In this document: positions 42,331-53,481 of the stretch, in pieces
Numbering within the stretch: the first letter of the stretch is position 1
Layout of the letters: each line of letters starts with the position of its first letter
DNA from: Anaeromyxobacteraceae bacterium
Lineage (GTDB): Bacteria > Myxococcota > Myxococcia > Myxococcales > Anaeromyxobacteraceae
Reading direction: 5' to 3'
Assembly: GCA_047602405.1 (NCBI GenBank)
Contig: JASGHJ010000002.1
Location: forward strand, 1,376,001 to 1,440,000
Length of the DNA stretch: 64,000 nucleotides
Made by a program: the position numbers and the translations under genes
Notes under the pieces: generated by a model
Seen by the model: the letters and a program-made list of their open reading frames with translations, nothing else
Told to the model about the DNA's origin: nothing
The model's database searches: none

Positions 42331-42753
42331 CTACCGCGCGATCTCGAGGGCGCGCTGCGCCATCGTCTTGAGGGTGTCCACCGCGGTGGCGTTCGCGTCG
42401 TACGCCTTCTGCGCGGAGATGAGGTTCACGACCTCGTGGATCGGGTTGACGTTCGGGAGCGTCACGAACCCGTCGGCGCCCGCGTCGGGGTGCGACGGCA
42501 TGTAGACGCGGCGGCCCGGGGACGGGTCCTTCGCGACCTCCGAGACGCGCACGCCGACGAGCTCGGGCTCGGCGCGGCCGAGGGCGTCCTCGAACGGCAC
42601 GGCCTCCATGACCGGGTCGAGCCGTTGGTAGGGCTTGCCGTCGACGCCGCGGGTGGTCTCGGCGTTCGCCAGGTTCGACGCCGCGATGTTGACGCGCACG
42701 CGCTCGGCGGAGAGGCCGGAGGCGCTGGTACGGAGGGCGGAGAGGAAGTCCAC
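42331..42753 (-). CDS. flgC: Proximal rod protein FlgC
   Basis: SNLANAETT, PSHPDA, LPNVN, AYDAN. Confidence 0.96.
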   Translation of the reverse strand: MDFLSALRTSASGLSAERVRVNIAASNLANAETTRGVDGKPYQRLDPVMEAVPFEDALGRAEPELVGVRVSEVAKDPSPGRRVYMPSHPDAGADGFVTLPNVNPIHEVVNLISAQKAYDANATAVDTLKTMAQRALEIAR

Positions 42754-42764
42754 GGGGCGTCTCC

Positions 42765-43177
42765 TTAGGCCGCGCCGTCCGAGGCGGCGTACTTGAGGAT
42801 GGCGAGCTTCTTCGCGGCGGCCTTCGCGGCGGCGCCGTACTGCAGGGCGTTCTCGGCGACCGCGCCGAGGGTCCGGTCGAGGTCGACGGCGTTGCCGTCG
42901 AGGCCCGGCGCGGCGGCGGGGTCGGCATGCACGAAGGCCTCGGGGGCGCTCGCCGACCGGGCCCCGGCGACGGGGAGGTCGCCCTCGCGCGCCGGGGAGG
43001 CGACCGACGGCTGCTCGACGGCGCTCCGGGCGGCGGCCATGGCCGCCGAGAAGTCGAGATCGCGGGCGACGTACCCCGGGGTGTCGGCGTTCGCGACGTT
43101 GCCGGCGAGCACGGACTGCCGGGCGAGCCGGACGTCCAGGCTGCGCTCGAGCGTCGAAAGTGTGGCGTCGAAGATCC

Positions 43178-43181
<4 letters not shown>
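42765..43181 (-). CDS. flgB: Proximal rod protein FlgB
   Basis: [28 protein letters not shown] 43181. Confidence 0.94.
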
Positions 43182-44319
<1,138 letters not shown>

Positions 44320-44323
<4 letters not shown>

Positions 44324-45619
44324 GGAGCGGTCCCCTTGCGCAAGGCCGCGAGCTTCGCGGCCTCCAGGGCGGCGCGGGCGGCCGCGAGATTGGGATCGGC
44401 GGCGGGGCCGGCCGGGTGGGAGGCGTCGTCGGACGGGGTGCGCAGCGCGCGGGAGAGCGCGGTCCACGCCGGCGTGGCGAGCTCGCGCTTCGTGAGGCGG
44501 GTGCGGGCGAACCGGAGGATCTCGCCCGCGCGCACCCGGTCGCCGCCTGCGAGGTAGAGCTCGCCGACGTGGAGCAGGTGCTCGCCCTGGCGGGCGGCGG
44601 GGATCCTGCCGGTCTGGGAGGCGAGCATGTTCGCGGCCCACAGCGGCGCGCCGGCCACCTCGGCCTGGCGGGCCGCGGCGAAGGCGAGCGGGAGGGCGTC
44701 GGCGCCCTCCAGGCGGCCGGGCCACTCCAGGTAGACGCCGAGGGCCTCGGTGCCCTCCGGCGGCGGACGCTCGAGCGCGAGGGCGAGGAGGTGCCGGCAC
44801 CACTGCGGCGAGGCCTTGCAGGCGCCGTCGAGCCGGGTCTCCTTCGCGAGGGCCTGGGTGGTCTCGATGAGCTCGCCGCGGAGCACGGCGAGGCGGGCCC
44901 TGCGGAGGATGGCGTCGGACCGGTACGCGATGGGCACGCCGGTGGCGTCGAAGACGGACTGCTCGAGCGGGCTGCCGATGCAGCCGGGCTCGAGCTCGCA
45001 GAGCCGCATCGCGGCGAGCCGCGACCAGGGGGCTTCGGCCCTGGCCTTCCGCCAGGCCTGCACGGCGGCCTCGGGATCGTCGGCGGCGAGCGCGAGGTCG
45101 CCGAGCCGGAGCTGGGCGTGCGGCGAGGCACCGCCCCGGACGGCCGCCTGGAACTCGTGCCGCGCGGCGGCGAGGTCGCCGGCCGCGAGCGCACACTCGC
45201 CCCGGGACAGCGGCGTGAGGCCGGGGCAGGGATTCGAGGCCGATCGCCTCCGGGTCGAAGGCGGTGAGGGGCGGCCCCTCCTCGGCGGGCCGCCACGCCG
45301 GCACGGAGAGCCGGCGCAGCTGGAGGAGGGTGGTGCCGCGGCCGGGCTCGAGGTCGGCCCGGATCATCTCGGTCGTGCAGTGGAGCACCACCGCGCCGCC
45401 CTTCACGGTGACCTTCGGGCAGAGGCGCGAGTCGCCGTGGAGCCGCCGCGCCAGGAGCTCGGGGGAGGCGCCCGGGGCGAGCGTCAGCGTCACCGTCCGG
45501 TGGAACGGCTGCGACACGAGGCCGCGAGCGCCGGCGACCGGCAGGTGCTCCTCGTACTTCACGAGCGCGAGCGGCGCGTGGGCGGCGAGGGCGATGGCCA
45601 TGGAGACGGCGAGCGTCAC
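44320..45619 (-). CDS. Hypothetical secreted Cys-pair/TPR-like protein (apparent frameshift at ~45233)
   Basis: Signal-like N-terminus ([15 protein letters not shown]), helical TPR-like repeats ([23 protein letters not shown]); stop overlaps the next ATG. Confidence 0.7.
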
Positions 45620-45632
45620 GATCCGGACGCAT

Positions 45633-45648
45633 TGCAGCGGCCGTGCCC
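45633..45648 (-). promoter_or_regulatory. sigma54 promoter for the hypothetical-EBP-flgB operon
   Basis: Minus strand GGGCAC-GGCCG-CTGCA. Confidence 0.65.
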
Positions 45649-45773
45649 GCCCTTCGCCGACGCTCCCCTGACGCCCGGCGCGCCCAACGCGAAGGGCCAG
45701 GCCGGAGCCTGGCCCTCGGGGGCTCGAGGCCGCGCCGCGCGCGTCAGCGCGACGTCGCGGCGTCAGCGATGCG

Positions 45774-46916
45774 TCACGCGGCGACGTCGCGGTTGCGGCG
45801 CCGCAGCTTCTCGACGAGCGTCGTGCGCTGCAGGCCGAGCAGGTCCGCGGCGGCCTTCTTGTTGCCGCCGGTGCGCGCGAGCGCGGCGTCGATGTACGAC
45901 TCCTCGAGGCGGCGCAGGATGCGGGGCAGGTCGACGGGGCGGCCATCGTTGAGCACCGGCTCGCTCACCGGCAGGTCGTCGCCGAGCGCGAAGCGCGGCG
46001 GGAGACCGTCGGACGCGGCCTCGGAGACGATCGGCTCCGGCGAGAAGGCGGACGGCGCGGGCGGGAGCTCCGCGGCGGCGTCGGCGGGGAGCTCGGCCGG
46101 CGTCGACACGAGCGAGAGCGGGCTCGCGCGGCGGTCGCCACGCACGAAGGCCGGGAGGTCGGTGAACCGGATCGACTGGCCCTCGGCGCACACCGCGACG
46201 CGCTCGACGAGGTTCTCGAGCTCGCGCACGTTGCCGGGCCACGCGTAGGTGGCGAGCGCCTCGAGCACGGCGGGCTCGACGGGGCGGGTCTCCCCGCGCT
46301 CGGCCCAGAAGTGCTGGAAGAGGCGGACGACGTCGGTGCCGCGGGCGCGGAGCGGCGGCACCTCCACCGGGCACACGAGGAGGCGGTAGTAGAGGTCGCG
46401 GCGGAACCGGCCGGCCTCGACCTCGGCGGCGAGGTCACGGTTCGTCGCCGCGACGAGCCGGAAGTCGGCGGGGACGGGCTCGGTGGAGCCCACCGGCTCG
46501 TAGGAGCGCTCCTGGAGGACGCGCAGCAGCTTCACCTGCAGGGAGAGCGGCAGCTCGCCGATCTCGTCCAGGAAGAGGGTGCCGCCGTGCGCCGCGGCGA
46601 TGCGGCCGCGCCGCGACTGGACCGCGCCCGTGAAGGCGCCGCGGACGTGGCCGAAGAGCTCGCTCTCGAGCAGCGCCTCGGGGATCGCGCCGCAGTTCAC
46701 CGGCACGAGCGTCTTCGAGGCGCGGGGGCTGTTCTCGTGGACGAAGCGGGCGAAGACCTCCTTGCCCGTGCCGGTCTCGCCGGTGAGGAGGACCGTCGCG
46801 TCGCTCTGCGCGATGCGCTTGCAGGTGCGGACCAGCTCGACGAGCGGGCTCTGGGGGCCGTGCACGATCTTCGTGCCGCGGGTCGTCGTCGGGGTGGTGG
46901 GCGTCGTCGCGTTCAT
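45774..46916 (-). CDS. sigma54 enhancer-binding protein, FleQ/FlrA-like, without N-terminal regulatory domain
   Basis: [60 protein letters not shown] (FleQ-like). Confidence 0.92.
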   Translation of the reverse strand: MNATTPTTPTTTRGTKIVHGPQSPLVELVRTCKRIAQSDATVLLTGETGTGKEVFARFVHENSPRASKTLVPVNCGAIPEALLESELFGHVRGAFTGAVQSRRGRIAAAHGGTLFLDEIGELPLSLQVKLLRVLQERSYEPVGSTEPVPADFRLVAATNRDLAAEVEAGRFRRDLYYRLLVCPVEVPPLRARGTDVVRLFQHFWAERGETRPVEPAVLEALATYAWPGNVRELENLVERVAVCAEGQSIRFTDLPAFVRGDRRASPLSLVSTPAELPADAAAELPPAPSAFSPEPIVSEAASDGLPPRFALGDDLPVSEPVLNDGRPVDLPRILRRLEESYIDAALARTGGNKKAAADLLGLQRTTLVEKLRRRNRDVAA

Positions 46917-46968
46917 TTCGTCCGTCTCCTCGTCCGCCGCCGATCGCGTCGCGGACGTGGCGCCAATG

Positions 46969-46984
46969 AGCAAGCGCTCTGCCA
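46969..46984 (-). promoter_or_regulatory. sigma54 promoter upstream of the FleQ-like activator
   Basis: Minus strand TGGCAG-AGCGC-TTGCT. Confidence 0.8.
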
Positions 46985-47176
46985 ACGCGCCACCCCGGTG
47001 ACGATCCCGTGCTTCCGCGGGGTTCGGCGCGGCGGCGTCAGAAGTCCTCGGGGTGAGCGCACACCCGGAGCGGTTCGCCGACCCCCTGCCGTCACCTGGG
47101 GGCATGACTCCAGGTGAAGGTGTGGGCGCCGCTCGCACCACGCTGGGCGCCAGCGAAATCGCGCGCGGCGGTCGCC

Positions 47177-47205
47177 TTGACGCTCCGGGTCGTGCCCGAT
47201 ACCTT
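47177..47205 (+). promoter_or_regulatory. Candidate sigma70 promoter for metX
   Basis: TTGACG-N17-TACCTT. Confidence 0.55.
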
Positions 47206-47217
47206 CGCCCTCGTCCC

Positions 47218-49455
47218 ATGACGTCCTCCACCGGAGCAGATCGGCCTACATCCGGCGCGGGCCGGGCGGCCTTCGTGTCGCCCGAGACCCGCGTGCTCCG
47301 GCTGCCCGGGCCCTTCCCCCTCGAGGGCGGCGGCGTCCTGGCGGCGCCGGAGATCGGATATCGCACGTGGGGCACGCTGGCGGCGGACGGCTCGAACGCC
47401 GTGGTGGTCTGCCACGCCCTCACCGGCTCGGCCGACGCCGACCGGTGGTGGACCGGCATGTTCGGGCCCGGGCGGGCGCTCGACCCCGAGCGCGACTTCG
47501 TCGTCTGCTCCAACATCCTCGGCTCCTGCTACGGCACGACCGGGCCGACGTCGCTCGACCCGGCCACCGGCGCGCCGTGGCGGGGCACCTTCCCGCGGGT
47601 CACGGTCCGCGACATGGTGCGGCTGCAGCGCGCGCTCGCGGACGCCCTCGGGGTCCGCCGGGTGCGGATGGTGATCGGCGGCTCGCTCGGCGGGATGCAG
47701 GCTTTGGAGTGGGCGCTGCTCTACCCGGAGCTCGTCGACTCGGTCGTCTTCATCGCCTCGACCGCGCGGCACTCGGCCTGGGCCATCGGGCTCTCCGAGG
47801 CCCAGCGCCAGGCGATCTTCGCCGACCCGCGCTGGCGGGGCGGGCGCTACGACCCCGCCGATCCGCCCGCCGCGGGCCTCGCCGCGGCGCGCATGGCGGC
47901 GATGCTCACCTACCGCAGCGCGGTCTCCATGGAGCAGCGCTTCGGCCGGCGCCAACAGACCGAGGACCTCTTCGCGATGCAGAGCTACCTCCGCTACCAG
48001 GGGGACCAGCTCGTCGACCGGTTCGATCCGGCGACCTACGTCACGCTGCTCGACGCGATGGACTCGCACGACGTCGCCCGCGGCCGCGGCGACCTCGACG
48101 ACGTGCTCCGCTCCATCCGTCAGCCCACGCTGGTCGTCGCGATCGACAGCGACGTCCTCTACTGGCCCGCCGAGCAGCGCGAGGTGGCGCGGCTCGTGCC
48201 GCACGCCCGCCTCGCGGTGCTCGACTCCATCCACGGCCACGACGCCTTCCTCATCGACGTGGAGCGGCTCTCCGAGATGGTGGCGGAGTTCCGGGGGCTG
48301 CCCGCCGGCCACGCCCCGGCCGCCCGCCGCGACACCGCCTCCGAGCAGGCCTTCCGCGAGAAGGGCGTCTCGTTGCTCGTGGTCGGGAAGGGGAAGGTCG
48401 GCGCCGAGGTCCTCGAGCAGCTGCGGGTCATGCGCGGCGAGCTCGAGCGGGACCACGACGTCTCGCTCCGGGTGGTCGGCCTCGCCGACCGCCGCGGGGC
48501 GGTGCTCGCGCCGGAGGGGGTGGACCTCGACCGCTGGCGCGACGTGCTCGCCCGGGCCCCCGCGACGGGGCCGCTCGACGCCCGGACCGCGCCGGCGCTG
48601 CTGGACCGCCTCGCGGGGCTGCCGCGGCCCGTCCTCGTGGACGTGACCGCGGCCGACGGCATGGACGAGGTGTACGCGCAGGCCTTCCGGCGCGGCATCG
48701 ACGTCGTCTCGTCCAACAAGCGGCCGCTCTCGGTGGCCCCGCGGGCGCTCGACGCCTTCCGGCAGGAGCGGCGCACGCACCACCGGCACCACCACTACGA
48801 CGCGGCGGTCGGGGCGAGCCTCCCGGTGATCGGCACGCTGCGCCGGCTCGTCCAGGGCGGCGACCGGGTGGTGGCCGTCGAGGGCGCGCTGTCCGGCACC
48901 CTGGGCTACGTCACGAGCGAGCTCGCCCGCGGCGTGCCGCTCTCCCTGGCGGTGCGCTGGGCGATCGGCCTCGGCCACGCCGAGGCCGACCCCCGCGACG
49001 ACCTCTCCGGCAAGGACACCGCCCGCAAGGCCCTCATCCTCGCGCGGGAGCTCGGAGCGCACCTCGCGCTCGAGGACGTGCGGGTGGAGCCGTTCGTGCC
49101 GCCCGCCCTGCTGGTCGACGGCGGCGCGGACGCGCTCATCGCCGCGCTGCGCGGCCACGACCAGGCGATGGGCGCCCGGGTGGCGGCCCTCGCCCGCGAG
49201 GGGCGCGTGCTCCGTTACCTGGCGCGGATCACGACCGCGCCGGACGGCCGGGTGTCGGTGGGCGCCGGCCCGGTCGCGGTCGAGGCGTCGGAGCCCGCGG
49301 CGCGCCTCGTCGGCGTGGAGGCGCTGGTGGCGTTCACGACCGCGCGCCACTCGGAGCGCCCGCTCGTCGTGCAGGGCGCGGGCGTGGGCGCCGCGTCCAC
49401 CGCCGGGACCGTGATCGCCGACGTGCTCCGCGGGGTCGGCGCGGGCGCGCGCTGA
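47218..49455 (+). CDS. metX: Homoserine O-acetyltransferase fused to a homoserine dehydrogenase domain
   Basis: CHALTG, GGSLGGMQA, DSDVLY, HGHDAFL; then GKGKVG, SNKRP, SGTLGY, EADPRDDLSGKDTARKALILARE. Confidence 0.9.
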   Translation: MTSSTGADRPTSGAGRAAFVSPETRVLRLPGPFPLEGGGVLAAPEIGYRTWGTLAADGSNAVVVCHALTGSADADRWWTGMFGPGRALDPERDFVVCSNILGSCYGTTGPTSLDPATGAPWRGTFPRVTVRDMVRLQRALADALGVRRVRMVIGGSLGGMQALEWALLYPELVDSVVFIASTARHSAWAIGLSEAQRQAIFADPRWRGGRYDPADPPAAGLAAARMAAMLTYRSAVSMEQRFGRRQQTEDLFAMQSYLRYQGDQLVDRFDPATYVTLLDAMDSHDVARGRGDLDDVLRSIRQPTLVVAIDSDVLYWPAEQREVARLVPHARLAVLDSIHGHDAFLIDVERLSEMVAEFRGLPAGHAPAARRDTASEQAFREKGVSLLVVGKGKVGAEVLEQLRVMRGELERDHDVSLRVVGLADRRGAVLAPEGVDLDRWRDVLARAPATGPLDARTAPALLDRLAGLPRPVLVDVTAADGMDEVYAQAFRRGIDVVSSNKRPLSVAPRALDAFRQERRTHHRHHHYDAAVGASLPVIGTLRRLVQGGDRVVAVEGALSGTLGYVTSELARGVPLSLAVRWAIGLGHAEADPRDDLSGKDTARKALILARELGAHLALEDVRVEPFVPPALLVDGGADALIAALRGHDQAMGARVAALAREGRVLRYLARITTAPDGRVSVGAGPVAVEASEPAARLVGVEALVAFTTARHSERPLVVQGAGVGAASTAGTVIADVLRGVGAGAR

Positions 49456-49464
49456 GCTCCGGGG

Positions 49465-50481
49465 CTACGCGGCGTCGGGGAGGTCCCTGCGCGGCCGCGC
49501 GAGCGCTCGCGCGACCTCTGCGACGTCCGCCATCACCGCCGCCGTCGTCGGCCAGCGCCCGGCGCCCTTGCCGGCGAGCCGGATCACCTCGCCGTTCGAG
49601 AGCTCGAGCTCGACCCGGTTCTCCTCCCCGCGGGCCCCCGCGAGGAAGTCGTCGGGCCCCATGCGCTCGGGGGCGACGCGGGCGACCGGCCCGGCGCGGC
49701 CCGCGACCACCTCGGCGACGAGCTTCGTCGTGCGGCCCTCCGCGCGCGCGCGGGCGATCGCGGCCGGCTCGAGGCGCGCGATGCCCCGGACCTCGAGCGC
49801 CACCGGGAGCGCGCCGAAGCCGACCGCGCTGCAGAGGGTCACCTTGTGGGCGGCGTCGGCGCCGGAGACGTCGGCGGAGGGATCGGGCTCCGCGAAGCCG
49901 AGGGCCTGCGCCTCGGCGAGCGCGGCGGCGTAGGTGGCCCCGGCCTCCACGCGACCGAGGACGAAGTTGCAGGTCCCGTTCAGGACGCCGCGCAGCCGCG
50001 CCACGCCGGGGCCGCGTCGCGCGAGGGCGAGGTGCTCGAGGACGGGGACCTCGCCGCCGACCGCCGCGCCGAAGCGCAGGGTGGGCCGATCGCCCGCGGC
50101 GAAGGGCGCGAGCTCGGCCCAGCGCGCCGCGACGGCCGCCTTGTTGGCGGAGACGACGTGGCGGCCGGCGAGGAGCGCCGCGAGCACGACGTCGCCCGCG
50201 GGGGCGGTGCCGCCGAGCGCCTCGATCACGAGGTCGGCGTCGAGGCGCACGGCGTCCCAGGGGTCGGTGGAGAGGAGCCGCGCCGGCACGCCGTCCGCGG
50301 CGTGGCGGGCGGGGTGGCGGACCACCGCCGCGGCGAGCTCGAACCGGTCTGGCCGGGCGAGGAGCCGCCGGACGACGCCGCCTCCCACCGTACCCACGCC
50401 GAGCAGGACCACCCGGAGCGGACGCTCCTGCCCGGCGCCGACCGCGTCCACCGCACCCGTCCTCACGCTCCGCGAGCCCAT
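49465..50481 (-). CDS. hom: Homoserine dehydrogenase
   Basis: LGVGTVGGGV, SANKA, GVLNGTCNFVL, LGFAEPDPSADVSGADAAHK, GKGAG; GGAGG RBS before ATG 50481. Confidence 0.92.
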   Translation of the reverse strand: MGSRSVRTGAVDAVGAGQERPLRVVLLGVGTVGGGVVRRLLARPDRFELAAAVVRHPARHAADGVPARLLSTDPWDAVRLDADLVIEALGGTAPAGDVVLAALLAGRHVVSANKAAVAARWAELAPFAAGDRPTLRFGAAVGGEVPVLEHLALARRGPGVARLRGVLNGTCNFVLGRVEAGATYAAALAEAQALGFAEPDPSADVSGADAAHKVTLCSAVGFGALPVALEVRGIARLEPAAIARARAEGRTTKLVAEVVAGRAGPVARVAPERMGPDDFLAGARGEENRVELELSNGEVIRLAGKGAGRWPTTAAVMADVAEVARALARPRRDLPDAA

Positions 50482-50581
50482 GCACGCCTCCATCGCGCGG
50501 CGGGGCCGGAGCGGTTCTGGCTTGCGGGCTCGTCGGGAGCGTCCGTCGCTCGCGGCGTGGAGCGGACGGGACGCGTCGGCT

Positions 50582-50636
50582 CGCTTTAGCGGCATTTGTA
50601 AGGCGCCCGCAAGCTGAGGCTCAAATCGGCGCCGAC
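50582..50636 (-). ncRNA. SAM-II-type riboswitch upstream of hom
   Basis: Minus strand GGCGCC-GAUUUGA-GCCUCAG-CUUGC-G-GGCGCC-UUAC-AAAU-GCC-GCUAAA matches the SAM-II layout. Confidence 0.78.
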
Positions 50637-50655
50637 CACGCTTCCTGTGGGGCCC

Positions 50656-50684
50656 TTCTTACGGGCGTCCGGGCCGGCCGTCAA
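50656..50684 (-). promoter_or_regulatory. Candidate sigma70 promoter upstream of the riboswitch
   Basis: Minus strand TTGACG-N17-TAAGAA. Confidence 0.4.
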
Positions 50685-50754
50685 GCACAAACGGATGAAC
50701 CTCCGCCATCCCGGATGGGCGGCGGAGGTCCGGGTCCTGCGCCCGAGGCGGCGG

Positions 50755-51345
50755 CTACTGCGCGCCCGGGACCTGCATCCCGAGCGACTTCATGATCTCC
50801 TGGCCCTTCGGCACGAGCCCCTTCACCGCGGCGATCGCGGGCTCGAGGTTGCCGGTCTGGAAGTCGGCGGTGGCCTTCGAGAACGTGGACTCGATGCCGG
50901 CGAGCCCCTCCTTCGCCGAGGCGACCGTGGCGGCGTCGAGCCCCTTCGGCAGCTTCTTCGACTCGGCGAGGATCGAGAGGCGGCTCTTCAGCGCGCCGAC
51001 GAGCGAGGGGAGGTCGGCGGTGGCGCCCTTCCAGGCGGCGACGAGCTGGTCCTTCTTCGCGGCGGCGGCGGCGAGCGCCTCCTTGACCTTGCCCGGGATC
51101 GGCTCGAGCTGCGCGAGGGCGCCCTTGTAGTCCTTCTTCGCGACCATGCCCTCCGCCCCTGCGAGCGCGGTCTTCACGGCGGAGACCTGATCGGGCGCGT
51201 ACTTCTGCGCCTCGGCGTCGAGGGTGGCGATGGCCGACTTCGCGGCGGCGAGCGCCGACTCGGCGGGGATCTTCGCCGGGTCGGTGCAGCCCACGAGGAG
51301 GGCGAGGGGCAGGGCGAGGGTGACGGCGGAGAGGATGCGGTTCAT
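50755..51345 (-). CDS. Hypothetical helical lipoprotein
   Basis: Lipobox LVG-C; Ala/Lys-rich helices. Confidence 0.75.
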   Translation of the reverse strand: MNRILSAVTLALPLALLVGCTDPAKIPAESALAAAKSAIATLDAEAQKYAPDQVSAVKTALAGAEGMVAKKDYKGALAQLEPIPGKVKEALAAAAAKKDQLVAAWKGATADLPSLVGALKSRLSILAESKKLPKGLDAATVASAKEGLAGIESTFSKATADFQTGNLEPAIAAVKGLVPKGQEIMKSLGMQVPGAQ

Positions 51346-51356
51346 GGGGTTCCCCT

Positions 51357-51560
51357 TCACGGGATGCGGAGCTTCCAGCCGATCTGGATCAGATCGGGGT
51401 TCTTGATGAGCTCGCGGTTCGCCTCGAAGATCTTCCGGTAGAGCTTCGGGTCGCCGTAGTACCGCTCGGCGATCTTCGAGAGCGTCTCGCCCTTCACCAC
51501 CACGTGGTACTGGGCGTACGGATCTCCCGGGGGGCTCCCGGGCGCGCTGGGATCGGCCAC
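51357..51560 (-). CDS. Stand-alone LysM domain protein (Kbp/YgaU C-terminal type)
   Basis: VVKGETLSKIAERYYGD...IFEAN...NPDLIQIGWKLRIP. Confidence 0.9.
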   Translation of the reverse strand: MADPSAPGSPPGDPYAQYHVVVKGETLSKIAERYYGDPKLYRKIFEANRELIKNPDLIQIGWKLRIP

Positions 51561-51685
51561 GCGGACGTCCTTTCGTTGCCCGGGCGGTCCACCCGCACGG
51601 ACGGCGGAACCCTAGGGGAGCTCCGGGTGGACCGCAGCAGGGGAGATCCGGACCCTCTGCGGGCTGCCCCGGGCGTGGCGCCGGA

Positions 51686-52228
51686 TCAGGGGCTGCGCGC
51701 CGCCACCGCGAGCGCCGCGACGAAGTCGCGGAGCGCCCCGGCACCCTCACCATCCGAATACGCCGCGAGCGGCTCGTCCTCGAGGGCGAGCGCCTCGAGG
51801 GCGTACGCGAGCTGGTCCTCGCGCAGGGCGAGCACCACGAGGGGTGCGGCGTGCAGCGCCTGCGCGATCGCGGCGCGGTTCCCGCCGCCGCCCAGCTCGA
51901 GCTTGCCGAGCCCGTCCACCACCAGCACCGCGGCGTCGCGTGCGGCCGCCTCGACCCAGGTGCGGACCTCGGCGAGCGCGGCGGGATCGAACGCGAGCGC
52001 GCACGAGCCGCCCGCCTCCGCAGGCTGCGCGGTGCTCTCCGCGAGCGTGATCCGACGCCCGTCCTCCAGGCGCTCGGCGAGCACCGTCTTGTGGCCGCGC
52101 TCGTCCTCGAGCGTGCGCTGCGTGAAGCCGCCGACGCGCAGCCCCGCCGCGGCGAGCGCCGCCGCGGCCTCCCGCGCGGCGGCCGACCGCCTGCCGCCCT
52201 TGCCCCCGATGACGAGCGCGTAGCCCAT
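51686..52228 (-). CDS. DUF2478 / NTPase_1-like protein
   Basis: RVGGFTQ, VLVVDGLGKLE...GGG. Confidence 0.6.
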   Translation of the reverse strand: MGYALVIGGKGGRRSAAAREAAAALAAAGLRVGGFTQRTLEDERGHKTVLAERLEDGRRITLAESTAQPAEAGGSCALAFDPAALAEVRTWVEAAARDAAVLVVDGLGKLELGGGGNRAAIAQALHAAPLVVLALREDQLAYALEALALEDEPLAAYSDGEGAGALRDFVAALAVAARSP

Positions 52229-52253
52229 GGCGGAGAGGTTACACTACGGGCCC

Positions 52254-52853
52254 GTGGACCCCGTCACCACCCTCGTCCAGTCCCTCGGCCTCGCCTACGC
52301 GAGCGGCATCTCCCTCTATGCCACCGCGGCCTTCGCGGGGCTCGCCTCGCACCTCGGCTGGGTCGGCCCGCTCCCGGGGGCGCTCGGCTTCCTCGCGCAG
52401 CCCTGGTGCTTCGGCCTGTGCGGCGCCATCGCGCTCGTCGAGGCGGTCGCGCTCCTCGTCCCGGGCCTCGCGACCGCCTGGGAGGCGGTCCACACGGCCG
52501 TGAAGCCCTTCGCCGCGGCGGCGATGGCGGTGCTCGCGGCGTGGGGTGATCCGAAGGTGGCGGTCGTCGCCGGAATCCTCGGCGGCGCACTCGGGCTCGC
52601 CACCCACGCGACCAAGCTCGGCGTCCGCGCCGCCGTCGACACGTCCCCCGAGCCCGTGACCAACGCGGCCGCCACCGGGGCGGAGCTCTCCGTGGTGGCG
52701 GCGCTGGGCTGGGCGGTGTTCACGCACCCGTGGATCGCGCTGGCCGCCGCGCTCCTGCTGCTCGCCGCGCTGTTCCTCGCCGTGCGGGCGCTCTGGCGCC
52801 TGATCGGCCGGGCGCTCCGGCGCCTCTTCCTGCCTGCGGCTCCCGCTGCCTGA
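52254..52853 (+). CDS. DUF4126 family membrane protein
   Basis: GLAYASGISLYA, WEAVHTAVKP, TSPEP. Confidence 0.8.
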   Translation: MDPVTTLVQSLGLAYASGISLYATAAFAGLASHLGWVGPLPGALGFLAQPWCFGLCGAIALVEAVALLVPGLATAWEAVHTAVKPFAAAAMAVLAAWGDPKVAVVAGILGGALGLATHATKLGVRAAVDTSPEPVTNAAATGAELSVVAALGWAVFTHPWIALAAALLLLAALFLAVRALWRLIGRALRRLFLPAAPAA

Positions 52854-52939
52854 GCGCCCCGGACCGCGCTGGGCCGGCCGCTCGAGGCGCCCGGGAGGCG
52901 GCCGCCGTGGCGCCGTCCCCCCGGGCTTCGCCCGGACGC

Positions 52940-53305
52940 CTACGCCGCGCGCTTCGCGAGCAGGTCGCGGATCTCCGAGAGGAGCTTCTGGTCCGGGGTC
53001 GGGCCCACGGGCGGCGACGGGGCCTCGGCCTTCCTGAGCCGGTTCATCGGGGTGACGATGAAGAAGTAGACGCCGATGGACACGAGCAAGAAGCTCACGA
53101 CGGCGTTCAGGAACTTGCCGATCATGATTGAGCCGAGCGCGATGCCCGAGAAGTCCGGCTTGCCGAAGAGCATGCCGAGGAAGGGCGTGATCACGTCGGC
53201 GACGAGCGACGCGACGATGCCGCCGAAGGCACCGCCCATGATGACACCGACCGCCAGGTCGACCACGTTGCCGCGCGCGATGAAGTCCTTGAAGCCCTTG
53301 AGCAT
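52940..53305 (-). CDS. mscL: Large-conductance mechanosensitive channel
   Basis: FKDFIARGNVVDLAVGVIMGGAFG, LLSEIRDLL. Confidence 0.97.
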   Translation of the reverse strand: MLKGFKDFIARGNVVDLAVGVIMGGAFGGIVASLVADVITPFLGMLFGKPDFSGIALGSIMIGKFLNAVVSFLLVSIGVYFFIVTPMNRLRKAEAPSPPVGPTPDQKLLSEIRDLLAKRAA

Positions 53306-53481
53306 GTGCATTCTCCCCTGGTGAAGGCGCGGCCTCCGGGCCGACGCCCGTCGCCCCGGGTATGCCCGACCTTCTCCGTTCGAGTAACCGGGGAAGACCT
53401 TATATCCGGTCGGGGCGCGCGTTCGGGGCAGCCCGAACGACCGCCGGGCGCGCCTGCCGGCTTGACCGAGGGTGCTGCGAC

